The notes: generated by a model from the sequence alone, not told the origin. A stretch of 64,000 bases of DNA from an uncultured cyanobacterium (GCA_963719515.1 CAVRCJ010000014.1:96001-160000); one strand, 5' to 3'; positions 1-10,624 are shown, counted from the stretch's first letter. Translations and numbers: made by a program.

Positions 1-14
1 ACGGCGCTGTAGCG

Positions 15-1433
15 GTGACGATCGCCCTATTGATATTAGGCCTGGGGCGGCAGCCCGCTCTGGCAACTCAAGCCCAGCACTACAGCGACCTAGAGTTCCC
101 CGCCTTACCAGAGCTAGATATTCCCGAGTACACCACGTTCCGCTTGGATAATGGCCTTCAGGTCTACCTGATGGAAGACCACGAGCTGCCGCTGGTGGGT
201 GGGACTGCTCTCGTCCACACGGGCGATCGCTACGAGCCCGCTGATAAAGTCGGGCTCGCCAGCATTGTGGGAGACGTCATGCGCAGCGGCGGCACGGAGA
301 CCTACTCCACCGATGACCTCAACCAATTTCTAGAGCAGCGAGCCGCTAGTATCGAGACTGGAATCGGCGTCGACTCCGGCAGCGCTACCTTTGACGCTCT
401 CAGCGAAGACCTTCCTGAGGTATTTGCTCGCTTTACTGACGTGCTGCGTCATCCAGCGTTTCCCCAAGAGAGGATCGACCTCACCATTAGCCAAATTCGG
501 GGAAATATCGAGCGCCGCAACGATAATCCAGAAGATATTCTGTCCCGCGAATTTGGGAAGCTGATTTACGGTAGCGATAGCCCCTACGCCCGTACGGTGG
601 AGTACAGCACGCTAGACAATATCGATCGCAGCGACCTAATCGCGTTCTACGACACCTACTTTTACCCTAGCAACATGCTGCTGGGTATCGTTGGGGACTT
701 TGATCCGGTTGACATGCGCCAGCGGGTAGAAGAGGCTCTTGGCGACTGGTCCTCCAATAACGCTGAGTCCCTTCCCGAAAAGCCTGACGCTGCCCAGGCC
801 AATGCGTCCGGCATCTTTGTGGTCGATCAGCCCCAGCTAAGCCAAAGCTATATCCAGCTTGGTCACCTAGGCGGCCTGCGCAGTAGCCCAGACTACGCTG
901 CGCTGTCGGTCGTCAACGAAGTGCTCAATGGATTGGGGGGGCGTCTTGTGAACGAGGTGCGATCGCGTCAGGGGCTGGCCTACGTCACCTATGCGTTCTG
1001 GGCGGCGCGCTACGATTACCCCGGCATCTTCATTGCCGGAGGGCAAACGCGCTCGGACGCCACCGTGCCGTTCATTCAGCTCACCCTAGCGGAGATCGAG
1101 CGGATTCGCCAAGAGCCCATTACTCCAGAGGAGCTAGCTCAAGCCAAGGACTCAGTCTTGAACTCGTTTGTGTTCAACTTTCAAACGCCAGGTCAAACTC
1201 TCTCTCGGGTCATGCGCTACGACTACTACGATTATCCCGCTGACTTTATCTTTCAATATCGAAGAGACCTACAGGCCACGACGGCCGAGTCAGTGCAGCA
1301 GGCCGCCCACAAACACCTCAGTCCTGATCAGATTGTAACCTTGGTGGTAGGTAATCAAGCTGAGATTGATCCGCCGCTGCAAACCTTGGATACAGACAGT
1401 GTGACGTCAATCGACATTGCCTCGGTGCCTTAG
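15..1433 (+). CDS. M16 (pitrilysin/insulinase) family peptidase, probably the non-catalytic subunit; true start may lie upstream of the window
   Basis: LDNGLQVYLMEDHELP and EVRSRQGLAY M16 motifs; HXXEH absent; frame is open to the window edge. Confidence 0.85.
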   Translation: MTIALLILGLGRQPALATQAQHYSDLEFPALPELDIPEYTTFRLDNGLQVYLMEDHELPLVGGTALVHTGDRYEPADKVGLASIVGDVMRSGGTETYSTDDLNQFLEQRAASIETGIGVDSGSATFDALSEDLPEVFARFTDVLRHPAFPQERIDLTISQIRGNIERRNDNPEDILSREFGKLIYGSDSPYARTVEYSTLDNIDRSDLIAFYDTYFYPSNMLLGIVGDFDPVDMRQRVEEALGDWSSNNAESLPEKPDAAQANASGIFVVDQPQLSQSYIQLGHLGGLRSSPDYAALSVVNEVLNGLGGRLVNEVRSRQGLAYVTYAFWAARYDYPGIFIAGGQTRSDATVPFIQLTLAEIERIRQEPITPEELAQAKDSVLNSFVFNFQTPGQTLSRVMRYDYYDYPADFIFQYRRDLQATTAESVQQAAHKHLSPDQIVTLVVGNQAEIDPPLQTLDTDSVTSIDIASVP

Positions 1434-1700
1434 CCCCTAATCTGTCTCCCTAGGCGCTCTCGCTACGCCCTGTTCTAGAGATATTGCATTGGTTCAGTTG
1501 CTTAAAACGAAATCTGCTGAAAGCCTGACGTTGTGTAGGCAACTGAACGCGCAAATATCCTAATGCATCAGAGCATTTGCTATATCAGCCAGGATGAAAC
1601 GGTCTTCTCAACGCGGCTAGCCTTACCCCTTGCCGCGTTACCCTGGTTACCGGTGTCGCTCAATAGGTCAGCAGCGTCTCACGGTAGCCGGTTATTGGCG

Positions 1701-2492
1701 CTAGGAATCTAAGTTTACCGGTGCAGGGGGACGACCCATCTGGCCCCACTTTTGCTGAAGAATCATCCACAGAAAAGGCAGGTCGTCTACCAAATATCGT
1801 CTCCAGAGGCGCTTGGGCTCATTGAACATCCGAAAGGCCCACTCAATCCCCAGAGTGCTGACCCACTGCGGCGATCGCGCTATTCGACGCGCTTCAAAAT
1901 CGATTGTGGCCCCAATCGCCATAATCACCTTGGCGTGCTCAAACCTATCTTTATACTGGTGAATCCATTTTTCCTGCTTTGGCGCCCCCACACCGACCGC
2001 CAATACCGTCGCCTTGGAATCGTTGATTAGCTGGATGATGGCTTCGCACTCTTGCTCATTCTTCTCGAAGCCGTAAGAGGGCGAGTGAGCCTGTACAACC
2101 ATATTTCGTCCGACGCTTTGATTGATGCGGCGGCGGGCTTCTTCTGCCACTCCCTCTGCCGCTCCTAAAAGAAAGATGGTGACGTCTTCATCGTTGGCGT
2201 AGTGACTGTAGAAAGCGGGAAATAGGTCAGAGCCGGAAATTTTCTCGCGAATCGGCGTGTTGAGAAACTTTGACGCGTACATCAGAACCTGACTGTCGCA
2301 GGTGCGATATGTTGCACTCTTGTAAGCGCTGAGAAATTCGGGATCCCTCTGCAGCTTGACGATGTGGTCGACGTTGGGTGTAAACACCACGCCGCCATCC
2401 TTTAGTCTCTCGAGGAGCTCAAGCTTAGATAGATTGTCAATGGGGATGTCTAAAATATCTATCTGCTCGGGCATCGGACGATTTACTTTCAT
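1701..2492 (-). CDS. WecB/TagA/CpsF family glycosyltransferase
   Basis: TPNVDH, EKISGSDL, VGVGAPKQEKW and EPKRLWRRY motifs; start codon uncertain (2492 or 2474). Confidence 0.9.
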   Translation of the reverse strand: MKVNRPMPEQIDILDIPIDNLSKLELLERLKDGGVVFTPNVDHIVKLQRDPEFLSAYKSATYRTCDSQVLMYASKFLNTPIREKISGSDLFPAFYSHYANDEDVTIFLLGAAEGVAEEARRRINQSVGRNMVVQAHSPSYGFEKNEQECEAIIQLINDSKATVLAVGVGAPKQEKWIHQYKDRFEHAKVIMAIGATIDFEARRIARSPQWVSTLGIEWAFRMFNEPKRLWRRYLVDDLPFLWMILQQKWGQMGRPPAPVNLDS

Positions 2493-3110
2493 GGCAACTT
2501 GATTCCGTTTGATTCCGTGAGGTAATAAGGCGGAGCTACTGCGACTACCTATACTAGATATACCCGACCAGGGCTCAAAAACCACGAGGTGCGCGTGAAC
2601 AACGCGTGAATTCTACGTGAATATATCTGCACCAAGGTTATCTTTTTGTCATTCTACCGAGTCAGTACTGATGCGAAATACAAAACCCTGAGTACGATTT
2701 ATTTGGAAAGAAGAAAGGGAAGCTAAAAAACTATCGCGGTACTCTTTGAAGAACTGCTTTCTTGCTCCAAATCTATGCGGTCACTTCCGGTATCGCCGTC
2801 AGGGTGACGCCTAGGGATTCAGTGCAGCTAGAGAGACAGCGCTACTATATTATTACTTATTGGTAGAATCTGTCTATCGCTGTATAGATGTGCCCATAGA
2901 TTTTCTTGAACTTCTTTGTTAGCTCCTACTTCAGCTTTTTTCAGCCTAATTTATGCCGTATTTTGCCCCTGATCATTAGTTAAGACGGACACGGTGGTCA
3001 AGATGTTCCAAACAGATCGTATAAATGCCTAGAGCATTGCTTCTGAAAAGCGCTGTTCTTTCAAATAGACTGTCTGCGTATATACTGGGTTACAGGCTTA
3101 GGTTGCCCCT

Positions 3111-3905
3111 ATGAAAACTTTTCTCACGTCGACAGCCGCGATCGCTGTTCTGAGTGCATCGACGGTCGCGTTAGCCTCAGCGGCCCGAGCTGATGACCTT
3201 GAACATCTCCAACAGCTGGTTTCGACGCGCAGCTGTCGCGCTTGCGACTTGAGTCGGGCGAGCTTAGTTCATACGGATCTATCAGAGATTGATGCCCAAG
3301 GCAGCAACTTTAAGTTTGCCAACCTCAATCGCTCCCGGCTGGCGGGCGCCGATTTACGCGGCGCTGATCTATCCAATGCGGTTCTCTTTAACGCCGATCT
3401 GTCGGGGGCTGATTTAACGGGCGCTAACCTGCAGGGTGCCGATCTAAGAAATGCCTTTTTCTATGGGGCCACCCTAGATGGAGCAATATTACAGGGGGCA
3501 AATCTCCAGGGGGCGGCTGGGCTCCCCGAGCAGCTGCTGACGGCCCGGGCGCTATACCAATGGGGACAGCAGGAAGCGCAGCGGGGCAACTTTCAGGGTG
3601 CCTATGACTATTACACCCAGGCGATCGCTCAGGAACCTAACGCCCCCCATCTCTACCTCAGCCGCAGCGTCGCGCTGTATCGCTGGGGCTACGCTGAGGA
3701 GGCGATCGCCGACGCCAAGCAGTCCGAACGGCTGTTTGCAGCCCAGGGGAACGCTGAGGCCCAGCAAACGGCAGCGGTTTTTGCCCAGGGATTGACCGAG
3801 CGAGAGGAAGCTCGCGCAGAAGCCTCCAGTCAGGGAAGTTCAGGATTTTTGAATGTGTTTAGCGCAGTAGCCGGGCTTCTGCTTCGCTTCGGACTACCCT
3901 TCTAG
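3111..3905 (+). CDS. Secreted pentapeptide-repeat protein with C-terminal TPR
   Basis: Signal peptide, CRACDL, A(D/N)LxG repeats, then TPR-like helices. Confidence 0.85.
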   Translation: MKTFLTSTAAIAVLSASTVALASAARADDLEHLQQLVSTRSCRACDLSRASLVHTDLSEIDAQGSNFKFANLNRSRLAGADLRGADLSNAVLFNADLSGADLTGANLQGADLRNAFFYGATLDGAILQGANLQGAAGLPEQLLTARALYQWGQQEAQRGNFQGAYDYYTQAIAQEPNAPHLYLSRSVALYRWGYAEEAIADAKQSERLFAAQGNAEAQQTAAVFAQGLTEREEARAEASSQGSSGFLNVFSAVAGLLLRFGLPF

Positions 3906-3923
3906 TTGTCTTTGTGTCACCGC

Positions 3924-5339
3924 CTATTCTGAGGAGCGAGCGTCTGGGGGAACCTCTCCCGTATTGCGCACGTTCACCACTTTTCCAATCAGGTTGTACC
4001 AAAACGAAGCTCCCATTGAAATTGCGATGCCCGTAATCAGCCAGCCCGCAACGCGACGCAGAATCGGCAGCCGCCACTGATTTGCCTGCTGCGTTTGAGC
4101 AGACGTGATAATCGAGTTCCACCCAATAGGCAGAGGGAAATCCTCTAGCGCGTCGCTCATGGTTTCTTTGAGGGTTTCTAGTTTCTCCGCCGTGAGGCCA
4201 TCAGCCTGGGCTTCGGGGGAGGCCGCAGATTGAATAACCAGCTCTTCAGCAGCTTGGGTAATCGACTCTCTCAGGCCAGAGTCCTTTGAAAGCCGATTGA
4301 CGACGTAGAAGGTGTCAGCGTTCGTCGATACTGCGATCAAGCAGCCAATCAAGATAGCGACGCCGCGGGAGTTACGCTTATAGACGCCCGATGCTCGCTC
4401 CATAGAGCGACTGAACCAAGTTTCTACCTGATTTTCAAAGGCTTTAACCCTGCTGGTGACCGCATCAGAAGCATTGTCTGCATCTCTAGCGAGGGCGATC
4501 AGAGTGTTGCTCAGATGGTCGGGGATGGGCTTCGAGGCAAGGATGTTTTTGACGCTCTCACTGACGGTAGGCTCTTGCTCCTTTATGGCGATCGCCTGAC
4601 GCACGTGGGGCAGCTGCCGCCGTAGAATAGCGCGCACCTCGTCGCTATCGTCCGCCATCATTTCCTCTAGGCCAACTAGAAAGCTCAGGCATTGAGAAAT
4701 GACGGCTTCGATGGTGGTTTCAAAGTTGACGCGCCGGTTGGAGCAGTCTGAGTGAACGAGTTCTAGTCGCTGCTCGAGCGCTTCTAGGTTCACGAGCAGA
4801 TCGTGCTGAGGGCTGCTGCTGAGGGAGGCGATGAGTGGACGAAGCAGCTGTAGCCGGTTATCGATTGCCTGACGCACTAGGGCACAGTTGCGTCCGTGGG
4901 TAAGGTCGTCTATCTGCAGCTCATTGAGGAGCGCGACGGCAAAGCTGGCCGCCGGAATATATGACGGGCCACTGCGGAGAGACTGGTTGGTTTGTGGGTC
5001 TTTGCCAAAGACCGCCCGCCCGCCGGTCAGCCGCCGATAGGTCCATTCAAAGAGATAGGAAATTCGTCGGAAGAATTTTGCTAGAGGGCCTTTAGCTTCC
5101 TGGTTAAGAGAGCGAATGATGGGATGTCTGTAGAGACGATCCGCAAAGGCAATCCCCAAGCTCTCCCTGGCTTCTGCGCTATCTCCGCTGAGCAAAATCT
5201 CGATAGATTTTTTGAGGTGCTCAGCGCGCCACTGTAGCACTGTTGCAATCAGCTCTTGGATTTCTGAGGCCAGCAGGCTCAAAATTAGGTAGAGGAAGAT
5301 TAGGCCTAGGGCGAGGTCGAACACAAGCGGTAAGTTCAT
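3924..5339 (-). CDS. Hypothetical membrane protein
   Basis: 471-aa ORF with hydrophobic segments at both termini and a helical middle region. Confidence 0.75.
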   Translation of the reverse strand: MNLPLVFDLALGLIFLYLILSLLASEIQELIATVLQWRAEHLKKSIEILLSGDSAEARESLGIAFADRLYRHPIIRSLNQEAKGPLAKFFRRISYLFEWTYRRLTGGRAVFGKDPQTNQSLRSGPSYIPAASFAVALLNELQIDDLTHGRNCALVRQAIDNRLQLLRPLIASLSSSPQHDLLVNLEALEQRLELVHSDCSNRRVNFETTIEAVISQCLSFLVGLEEMMADDSDEVRAILRRQLPHVRQAIAIKEQEPTVSESVKNILASKPIPDHLSNTLIALARDADNASDAVTSRVKAFENQVETWFSRSMERASGVYKRNSRGVAILIGCLIAVSTNADTFYVVNRLSKDSGLRESITQAAEELVIQSAASPEAQADGLTAEKLETLKETMSDALEDFPLPIGWNSIITSAQTQQANQWRLPILRRVAGWLITGIAISMGASFWYNLIGKVVNVRNTGEVPPDARSSE

Positions 5340-5508
5340 GGGTCTATCGTTGCCTCGAAGTAACGCCTACGATCGTACACATCAGCTGACCGCGCGCAGA
5401 GTGACGTGGCCGACCGTTTACTTCCCTGAATCATATAGCAAATGTTCTGACCTCAGCCGCACTCACAGCAGTAACGCCGCGACCCACGCAGTGCCGACCT
5501 AGAATAGG

Positions 5509-7932
5509 CTAAGCCTGCATATGGGCTTGTAAAAGCTGCTTTGCTCTAGGCTTATAGAGGAGATAGAAAATCATCTCAATGTAGCGCAACATGTCTTCAC
5601 GGTTTTCTTTGGAGCTATAGTTCCAAAAGCCGTAAATTTTGGCGAGGGACATAAGCTTACTACAGTGAATTTCCCAGGTGTAGGTGCTGTAGACCCGGTC
5701 AATAGCACGCTCGGAGATCTCTTTCCAGTAGCCTGGATTTTGGTCACACTGATCTAGAAACTCTAGAATCACGTTCGCCATTTCCTGTAGATGGGTGGGG
5801 TTGATGTAGAAGCCGTTGTGCTTGTCTTGAATGATTTCTAGCGGGCCGCCAAATCGGGTACCGAACGTGGGCAATCCGCAAATCATTGCCTCTAGGATGG
5901 TCAAGCCAAAGGCTTCGAATAGGGCAGGCTGCACAAATATCCCTCTGCGATCGGCAATTACCCGGTATACCTCTCCGGAGTCGGACTTGGGCAACCGCAC
6001 CCCGAGCCAGCGAACATTTTCGTAGAGGTTGTACTGATCAATGATGCTGTAGAGCTTCTCCATCTCGGCTAGCTCCTCGCGATCGCTCGAGTCTTCAGAC
6101 CGCAGCTTGCCGGCAATTAAGATCAGGTTGCAGCGCTCCCTTAGCGCCTCGCTTTGGCCAAAGCATTCCGCGAGTCCCGTCAGGTTTTTGATTCGGTCTA
6201 AGCGGGCCATGGAGAAGAGGGGCCGCTTGCTGGGATCCTTGAGTCTGCCGTAGGCTACCAACGGATCTTCTAGGGTAAAGATGAGCTCATCGAGCCGTTT
6301 GCGATCGCTCTCTAAGCGATCTTCGCTGCGGCTGTAGGGGAAGTAGGACTCCACGTTGACGCCGGGAGGGACGACGTTGAACTTGGGGCTAAACAGATCG
6401 ACGCCGTTGACCACATGGTACAGCTCCGGCATGGTGAAGCGGCGGTAGGATTCATATTGACCGACGCTGGTGGGGGTGCCGGCAATCTCTTGGTAGGTGC
6501 TGCTGATCACAAAGTTGGCGGCGTTCATAGCCACTAGATCAGCGGTGAACTGCAGCGAGAAGTGGTACTCCTGCTCCAAATCTTGCCAGTAGAGATTGCT
6601 GAACAGATATTTGGACTTTTCTAGGGCGTGGGCAACGTTGCACTGGGTAACCTTGAGGCGGCGAGCTAGGAGAAAGGCCACCAGGTTGCCGTCGGTGTAG
6701 TTGCCGATAATTAGGTCGGGTTTGCCCTGCATCTCGGCTAGCAGCTCTCGCTCGGCGTCGACGGCGTAGGTCTCTAGATAAGGCCAAATCTCGAAGCGGG
6801 AAATCCAGTTTTGAGTCAGCTTCGGGTTAAATTCCCGAAAGGGAACCCGCAAAATCCAGGCGTTGTGGGTGCCGTAGACCTTCTCTAGGCGTTGATTGCA
6901 GGTGGTATCGTCACTGTTGGGGATCAGGCGGCTAAGAATAACAACCTTGGGGTGGGCCGACTGTACGTCAAGACCAGCCAGCTCGATTTCTTTCTGGAGC
7001 TGCGCTTCAATGCTGCGGGCCTGATCGAGCACATAGACGACCTGACCGCCAGTATCGGGGCGACCTAGCACCCCTTCTTGGCCAAACCAGCCGTGCACCG
7101 ACACCAGCACCACCTTAAAGATCATCGGGATGCGGGAGAGGAAAGCCTCCAGCACCTGGTGATCCGGAGAGTCGAGCAGCTGATCTAGCAGATCCAAGGT
7201 TTCGCGGACGCGGCCAGCGGTGTTGCCCCAGCCGGGCTCAAAACCGAGATCCTGGAAGGCGAAGCGGAAGCGGTTAAAGGGTTCATCGGGGGACAGGCGA
7301 CTGACGAAGGTGATGGCCTGCTTAACTTGATCCGAAAGCTTTTGCTGAGAGTTGATTCGCTCGTTAATAAGCAGCTGGGTGTTGTTGTGCTGGTGGAGAC
7401 TCAAAAACTCATAGAGCACTTCCAGCCAGCGGACCGGGTCTTGGAATAGCTTACTAGAGAGATAGCGGTTGAGAAACTCGACGCCCTTGCCAATATTCTT
7501 GGGGTCGCGGATGCGGGGAGAATAGTCGTAGAAGGGCAGCAGGTCTAGCTCTAGCACGTCTCCTTCTTCGGGGTGAAAGTGATTCACAAAGCGATCGCGC
7601 AGGTCTAGTATTTCCTGAACGCTCATCTCCTCGACCGCCAGGTTCTCCAGCACTCGGTAGACCTCTTCATGCCCAATCTTGGGCCGAATAATCATACAGA
7701 TGCTTTCTCGCTCTAGAATCACCTCTTGGGTGTAGTCAATCAGACGGCACACCCCTGAGGTCGTCGAAAACGAGTCGCTTTTACCGTATGCACTGCAGTA
7801 GTCAGCAAAAGCAGACAGAATGTCGTTGTGGAGTAGGTAGCGCTGCTCACTTTTGCGAAGCTCCCCTATGAAGCGGCGCAGATCGGTGCGCTCTGTCGGA
7901 TGATCTAGGACGGCCTGAATCAATTCGGACAT
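5509..7932 (-). CDS. susA: Sucrose synthase
   Basis: GRPDTGGQVVY, WISRFEIWPYLE and QPALFEAFGLT GT-B motifs; about 807 aa. Confidence 0.95.
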   Translation of the reverse strand: MSELIQAVLDHPTERTDLRRFIGELRKSEQRYLLHNDILSAFADYCSAYGKSDSFSTTSGVCRLIDYTQEVILERESICMIIRPKIGHEEVYRVLENLAVEEMSVQEILDLRDRFVNHFHPEEGDVLELDLLPFYDYSPRIRDPKNIGKGVEFLNRYLSSKLFQDPVRWLEVLYEFLSLHQHNNTQLLINERINSQQKLSDQVKQAITFVSRLSPDEPFNRFRFAFQDLGFEPGWGNTAGRVRETLDLLDQLLDSPDHQVLEAFLSRIPMIFKVVLVSVHGWFGQEGVLGRPDTGGQVVYVLDQARSIEAQLQKEIELAGLDVQSAHPKVVILSRLIPNSDDTTCNQRLEKVYGTHNAWILRVPFREFNPKLTQNWISRFEIWPYLETYAVDAERELLAEMQGKPDLIIGNYTDGNLVAFLLARRLKVTQCNVAHALEKSKYLFSNLYWQDLEQEYHFSLQFTADLVAMNAANFVISSTYQEIAGTPTSVGQYESYRRFTMPELYHVVNGVDLFSPKFNVVPPGVNVESYFPYSRSEDRLESDRKRLDELIFTLEDPLVAYGRLKDPSKRPLFSMARLDRIKNLTGLAECFGQSEALRERCNLILIAGKLRSEDSSDREELAEMEKLYSIIDQYNLYENVRWLGVRLPKSDSGEVYRVIADRRGIFVQPALFEAFGLTILEAMICGLPTFGTRFGGPLEIIQDKHNGFYINPTHLQEMANVILEFLDQCDQNPGYWKEISERAIDRVYSTYTWEIHCSKLMSLAKIYGFWNYSSKENREDMLRYIEMIFYLLYKPRAKQLLQAHMQA

Positions 7933-8059
7933 AGATAATTCCCTTGCACTTCGCAAAAAAAAGGCTGCTCAGAACCATGCGTCCTCACAGCCTAATCATC
8001 GTAATTCAGCGACCTTGATCTATGAGATCGAGGTGTCAGGAAACCCTGATGCGGCGCGG

Positions 8060-8767
8060 CTATGCCGTCACTAGCTCGGGTTGAGGGCGCTTGCTGTTGC
8101 GAATGTCCTCGATTGCCGTGGCATAATCATCCGCTTTAAACACGGCTGACCCGGCCACGACGGCGTTGGCGCCTGCCTCTAGCACCTGCCAGGTGTTGTG
8201 GGACTTGAGACCGCCGTCGACTTCAATCCAGGGATCGAGGCCCCGCTCGTCGCACATCTGGCGCAGCTTCTGAATTTTGGGGAGCACGCCAGGAATGAAG
8301 CTCTGCCCACCAAAGCCAGGGTTGACGCTCATGATCAAAATCAGATCGCAAACTTCTAAGACATAGTCAATTAGATCTAGGGGCGTTCCAGGATTGAGGA
8401 CGACTCCCGCTTTTTTGCCCAGCTCTCGAATTTGGCACAGGGTCCGGTGCAGGTGCGGAGATGCATTGTGCTCACAGTGGACGGAAATCATGTCGGCTCC
8501 GGCCTTGGCGAAGCCCTCGACGTACTTCTCAGGCTCAACGATCATGAGGTGAACGTCGATGGGCTTTTGGGTCATGGGCCGAATCGCCTCGACAATCAGA
8601 GGACCAATGGTGATGTTGGGGACAAAGCGACCATCCATCACGTCCACGTGAATCCAATCTGCGCCGGCTTTATCGACTGCTTTGATCTCTTCACCAAGGC
8701 GGCTGAAGTCGGCTGACAAAATCGATGGGGCAATAACAATGGGCTTAGTAGATTGAGTTTGGGTCAT
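8060..8767 (-). CDS. rpe: Ribulose-phosphate 3-epimerase
   Basis: [17 protein letters not shown] and [10 protein letters not shown] motifs. Confidence 0.97.
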   Translation of the reverse strand: MTQTQSTKPIVIAPSILSADFSRLGEEIKAVDKAGADWIHVDVMDGRFVPNITIGPLIVEAIRPMTQKPIDVHLMIVEPEKYVEGFAKAGADMISVHCEHNASPHLHRTLCQIRELGKKAGVVLNPGTPLDLIDYVLEVCDLILIMSVNPGFGGQSFIPGVLPKIQKLRQMCDERGLDPWIEVDGGLKSHNTWQVLEAGANAVVAGSAVFKADDYATAIEDIRNSKRPQPELVTA

Positions 8768-8849
8768 AGCGCAACGGGTCCTCTGACATCCTATCTGTAA
8801 GCTTATTTTAACAAATTACGGTTTTGATGCGTTTGGTAGCGGAGATAAC

Positions 8850-9247
8850 GTGACATCCTCCCGACGCTGACAGCAAGCTGTACAGCGCGGGCTTCCTCAG
8901 TGACTCCCAGCTATTGCCGAGACATGTCCTGAGATAGGTTTATACTCCGCCTGATGCCCCACGGCAGAGTTTTGAATTTTCATCTCCGCGAGGGAGGATA
9001 CGCACTATGTGTCGCAGATACATTTGCAAACTGAGGAACGGGTGACTTGCAGCTTTCGCCTACGGGCCCGTCACACTCTTTGCGGGGTGTATCACCTTGC
9101 TATCTCTATCATACCAACTGCTAGCCTCAGCGCTGAGCGCACTATCCGCTGTGCATCATTTTGCGGGCGCACTTCGGCTAGCGCGACTCTCATCCCGACG
9201 CTCACCCTGACGGGTAGAGCGCGGGGCTTCCTGTCTAGTAGCTAAAA
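8850..9247 (-). mobile_element. Non-autonomous IS200/IS605-family element, copy 1
   Basis: 398 bp identical to 55643-56040 except one base; related subterminal hairpins (CCCGACGCT..AGCGCGGG) at both ends; minus strand ends in TCAC; no TIR or TSD. Confidence 0.8.
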
Positions 9248-9373
9248 ATTGTTCATCGGAGCGCGATCGCCTTCCCCAATGCTGAAATAAAATCGCTACC
9301 CTGTGGATAGTGCAGCGGCCTATAGAGCGGCCTGTAACAGCTGCGCTACAGCGAAAAAGCTAGCCTCAACGAT

Positions 9374-10387
9374 ATGGTTACCCGACGACGCCTCTTGTTT
9401 ACGGCAGCGGGACTTGCAGGAAGCGTTTCCTGCAGGCGAGACCCGAAAGCAACGCCGATTGCCCCCCCGAAAGATGCTGTGTCAGCCGATTTGATTTCGG
9501 CCCGCGCGCCTGGGGGCAACGCTCCAGCGACTGCGGCAACTATGGTAGAGCGATCGCTGGGCCGTACGGGGTTGACGCTGCCGGTACTCGGGCTCGGCGG
9601 CTCGGCCTCTCCGCTCTCTAAACCTGGGCAAGAGGCAGAGGCGATCGCCATCATTGAGCGTTCTTTAGAGCTAGGCGTACGCTACTTTGACACCGCCGCC
9701 AACTATGGCCCCAGCGAAGAGCGTCTGGGCAAGGTGCTGTCCGCTCGCCGCGCCGACGTGGTGATTGCCAGCAAGACCTCGGCTCGCGATCGCGATCGCG
9801 CTTGGCGGCAGCTTGAGCAGTCTTTAACCCGCCTGCAAACCGACTACCTCGACGTCTGGCAGTTTCACGCGCTCACTCACGCCTGGGATATCGACACAAT
9901 CTTGAATGAGCAAAACGGCGCGATTCGGGCAGCTCAAGAGGCCCAAGACCAGGGCATCGTCAAGCACTTGGGCATTACTGGACATCACAACCCCGGCATC
10001 ATTGCCCAGGCGCTGTCGCGCTACCCCTTCGACCTGGCCCTAATTCCGGTCAACGCTGCCGATAAGCACACCCCAGAGCCGTTCATTGCGGGCGTCTTAC
10101 CTGCGGCGCAGCGCGATGGGGTGGGGGTGGTCGCGATGAAGGTGCCGGCTTACGGTCGCCTGTTTGAAAACGGAGTGCTGAACGGCATGGGCGAGGCTAT
10201 GGGCTACGCGCTGTCGCAGCCTGGCGTGAGCGTTTGCGCTATTGCGGCAGAAAATTTGGCTCAGCTGGAGGACAACGTCCAGGCTGCGAAAAGATTCGCG
10301 CCCCTGTCCGATGCTGATTTGGCGGCGATCGAGTCCCGAACGGCTAGCGTCTGGCAAGACAGCAGCTTCTTCCGCAAGTGGGGATAG
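9374..10387 (+). CDS. Aldo/keto reductase with Tat-like signal peptide
   Basis: RSLGRTG, YFDTAANYGPSEE and LQTDYLD motifs; N-terminal TRRRLL. Confidence 0.9.
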   Translation: MVTRRRLLFTAAGLAGSVSCRRDPKATPIAPPKDAVSADLISARAPGGNAPATAATMVERSLGRTGLTLPVLGLGGSASPLSKPGQEAEAIAIIERSLELGVRYFDTAANYGPSEERLGKVLSARRADVVIASKTSARDRDRAWRQLEQSLTRLQTDYLDVWQFHALTHAWDIDTILNEQNGAIRAAQEAQDQGIVKHLGITGHHNPGIIAQALSRYPFDLALIPVNAADKHTPEPFIAGVLPAAQRDGVGVVAMKVPAYGRLFENGVLNGMGEAMGYALSQPGVSVCAIAAENLAQLEDNVQAAKRFAPLSDADLAAIESRTASVWQDSSFFRKWG

Positions 10388-10552
10388 CTGATTTTTGACT
10401 TTGCTTTGCCCTGCGGTCACCCCAAACCAGAACGATAGAGGGATACCCTATCTGCCTCTACAGGATCTCATCTCACAGCATCTTAGCCACGAGAACGCTC
10501 GGACTTGCTTAATCAGCAAGCCATGAGCCAATTAACAGCATTAGCCAAGAAA

Positions 10553-10624
10553 CTCCCCAGGCAGGATTCGAACCTGCGACCAATCGATTAACAGTCGACC
10601 GCTCTACCACTGAGCTACTGAGGA
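10553..10624 (-). tRNA. trnN: tRNA-Asn (GTT)
   Basis: Reverse complement TCCTCAGTAGCTCAGTGGTAGAGCGGTCGACTGTTAATCGATTGGTCGCAGGTTCGAATCCTGCCTGGGGAG folds as a cloverleaf with anticodon GTT. Confidence 0.97.

Noticed and set aside
9009..9245. 78-aa ORF present in both repeat copies (also 55802-56038)
   Set aside because: GTG start, no HUH/Y1 or RuvC motifs, and it runs through the end hairpin; identity between copies just reflects the DNA duplication
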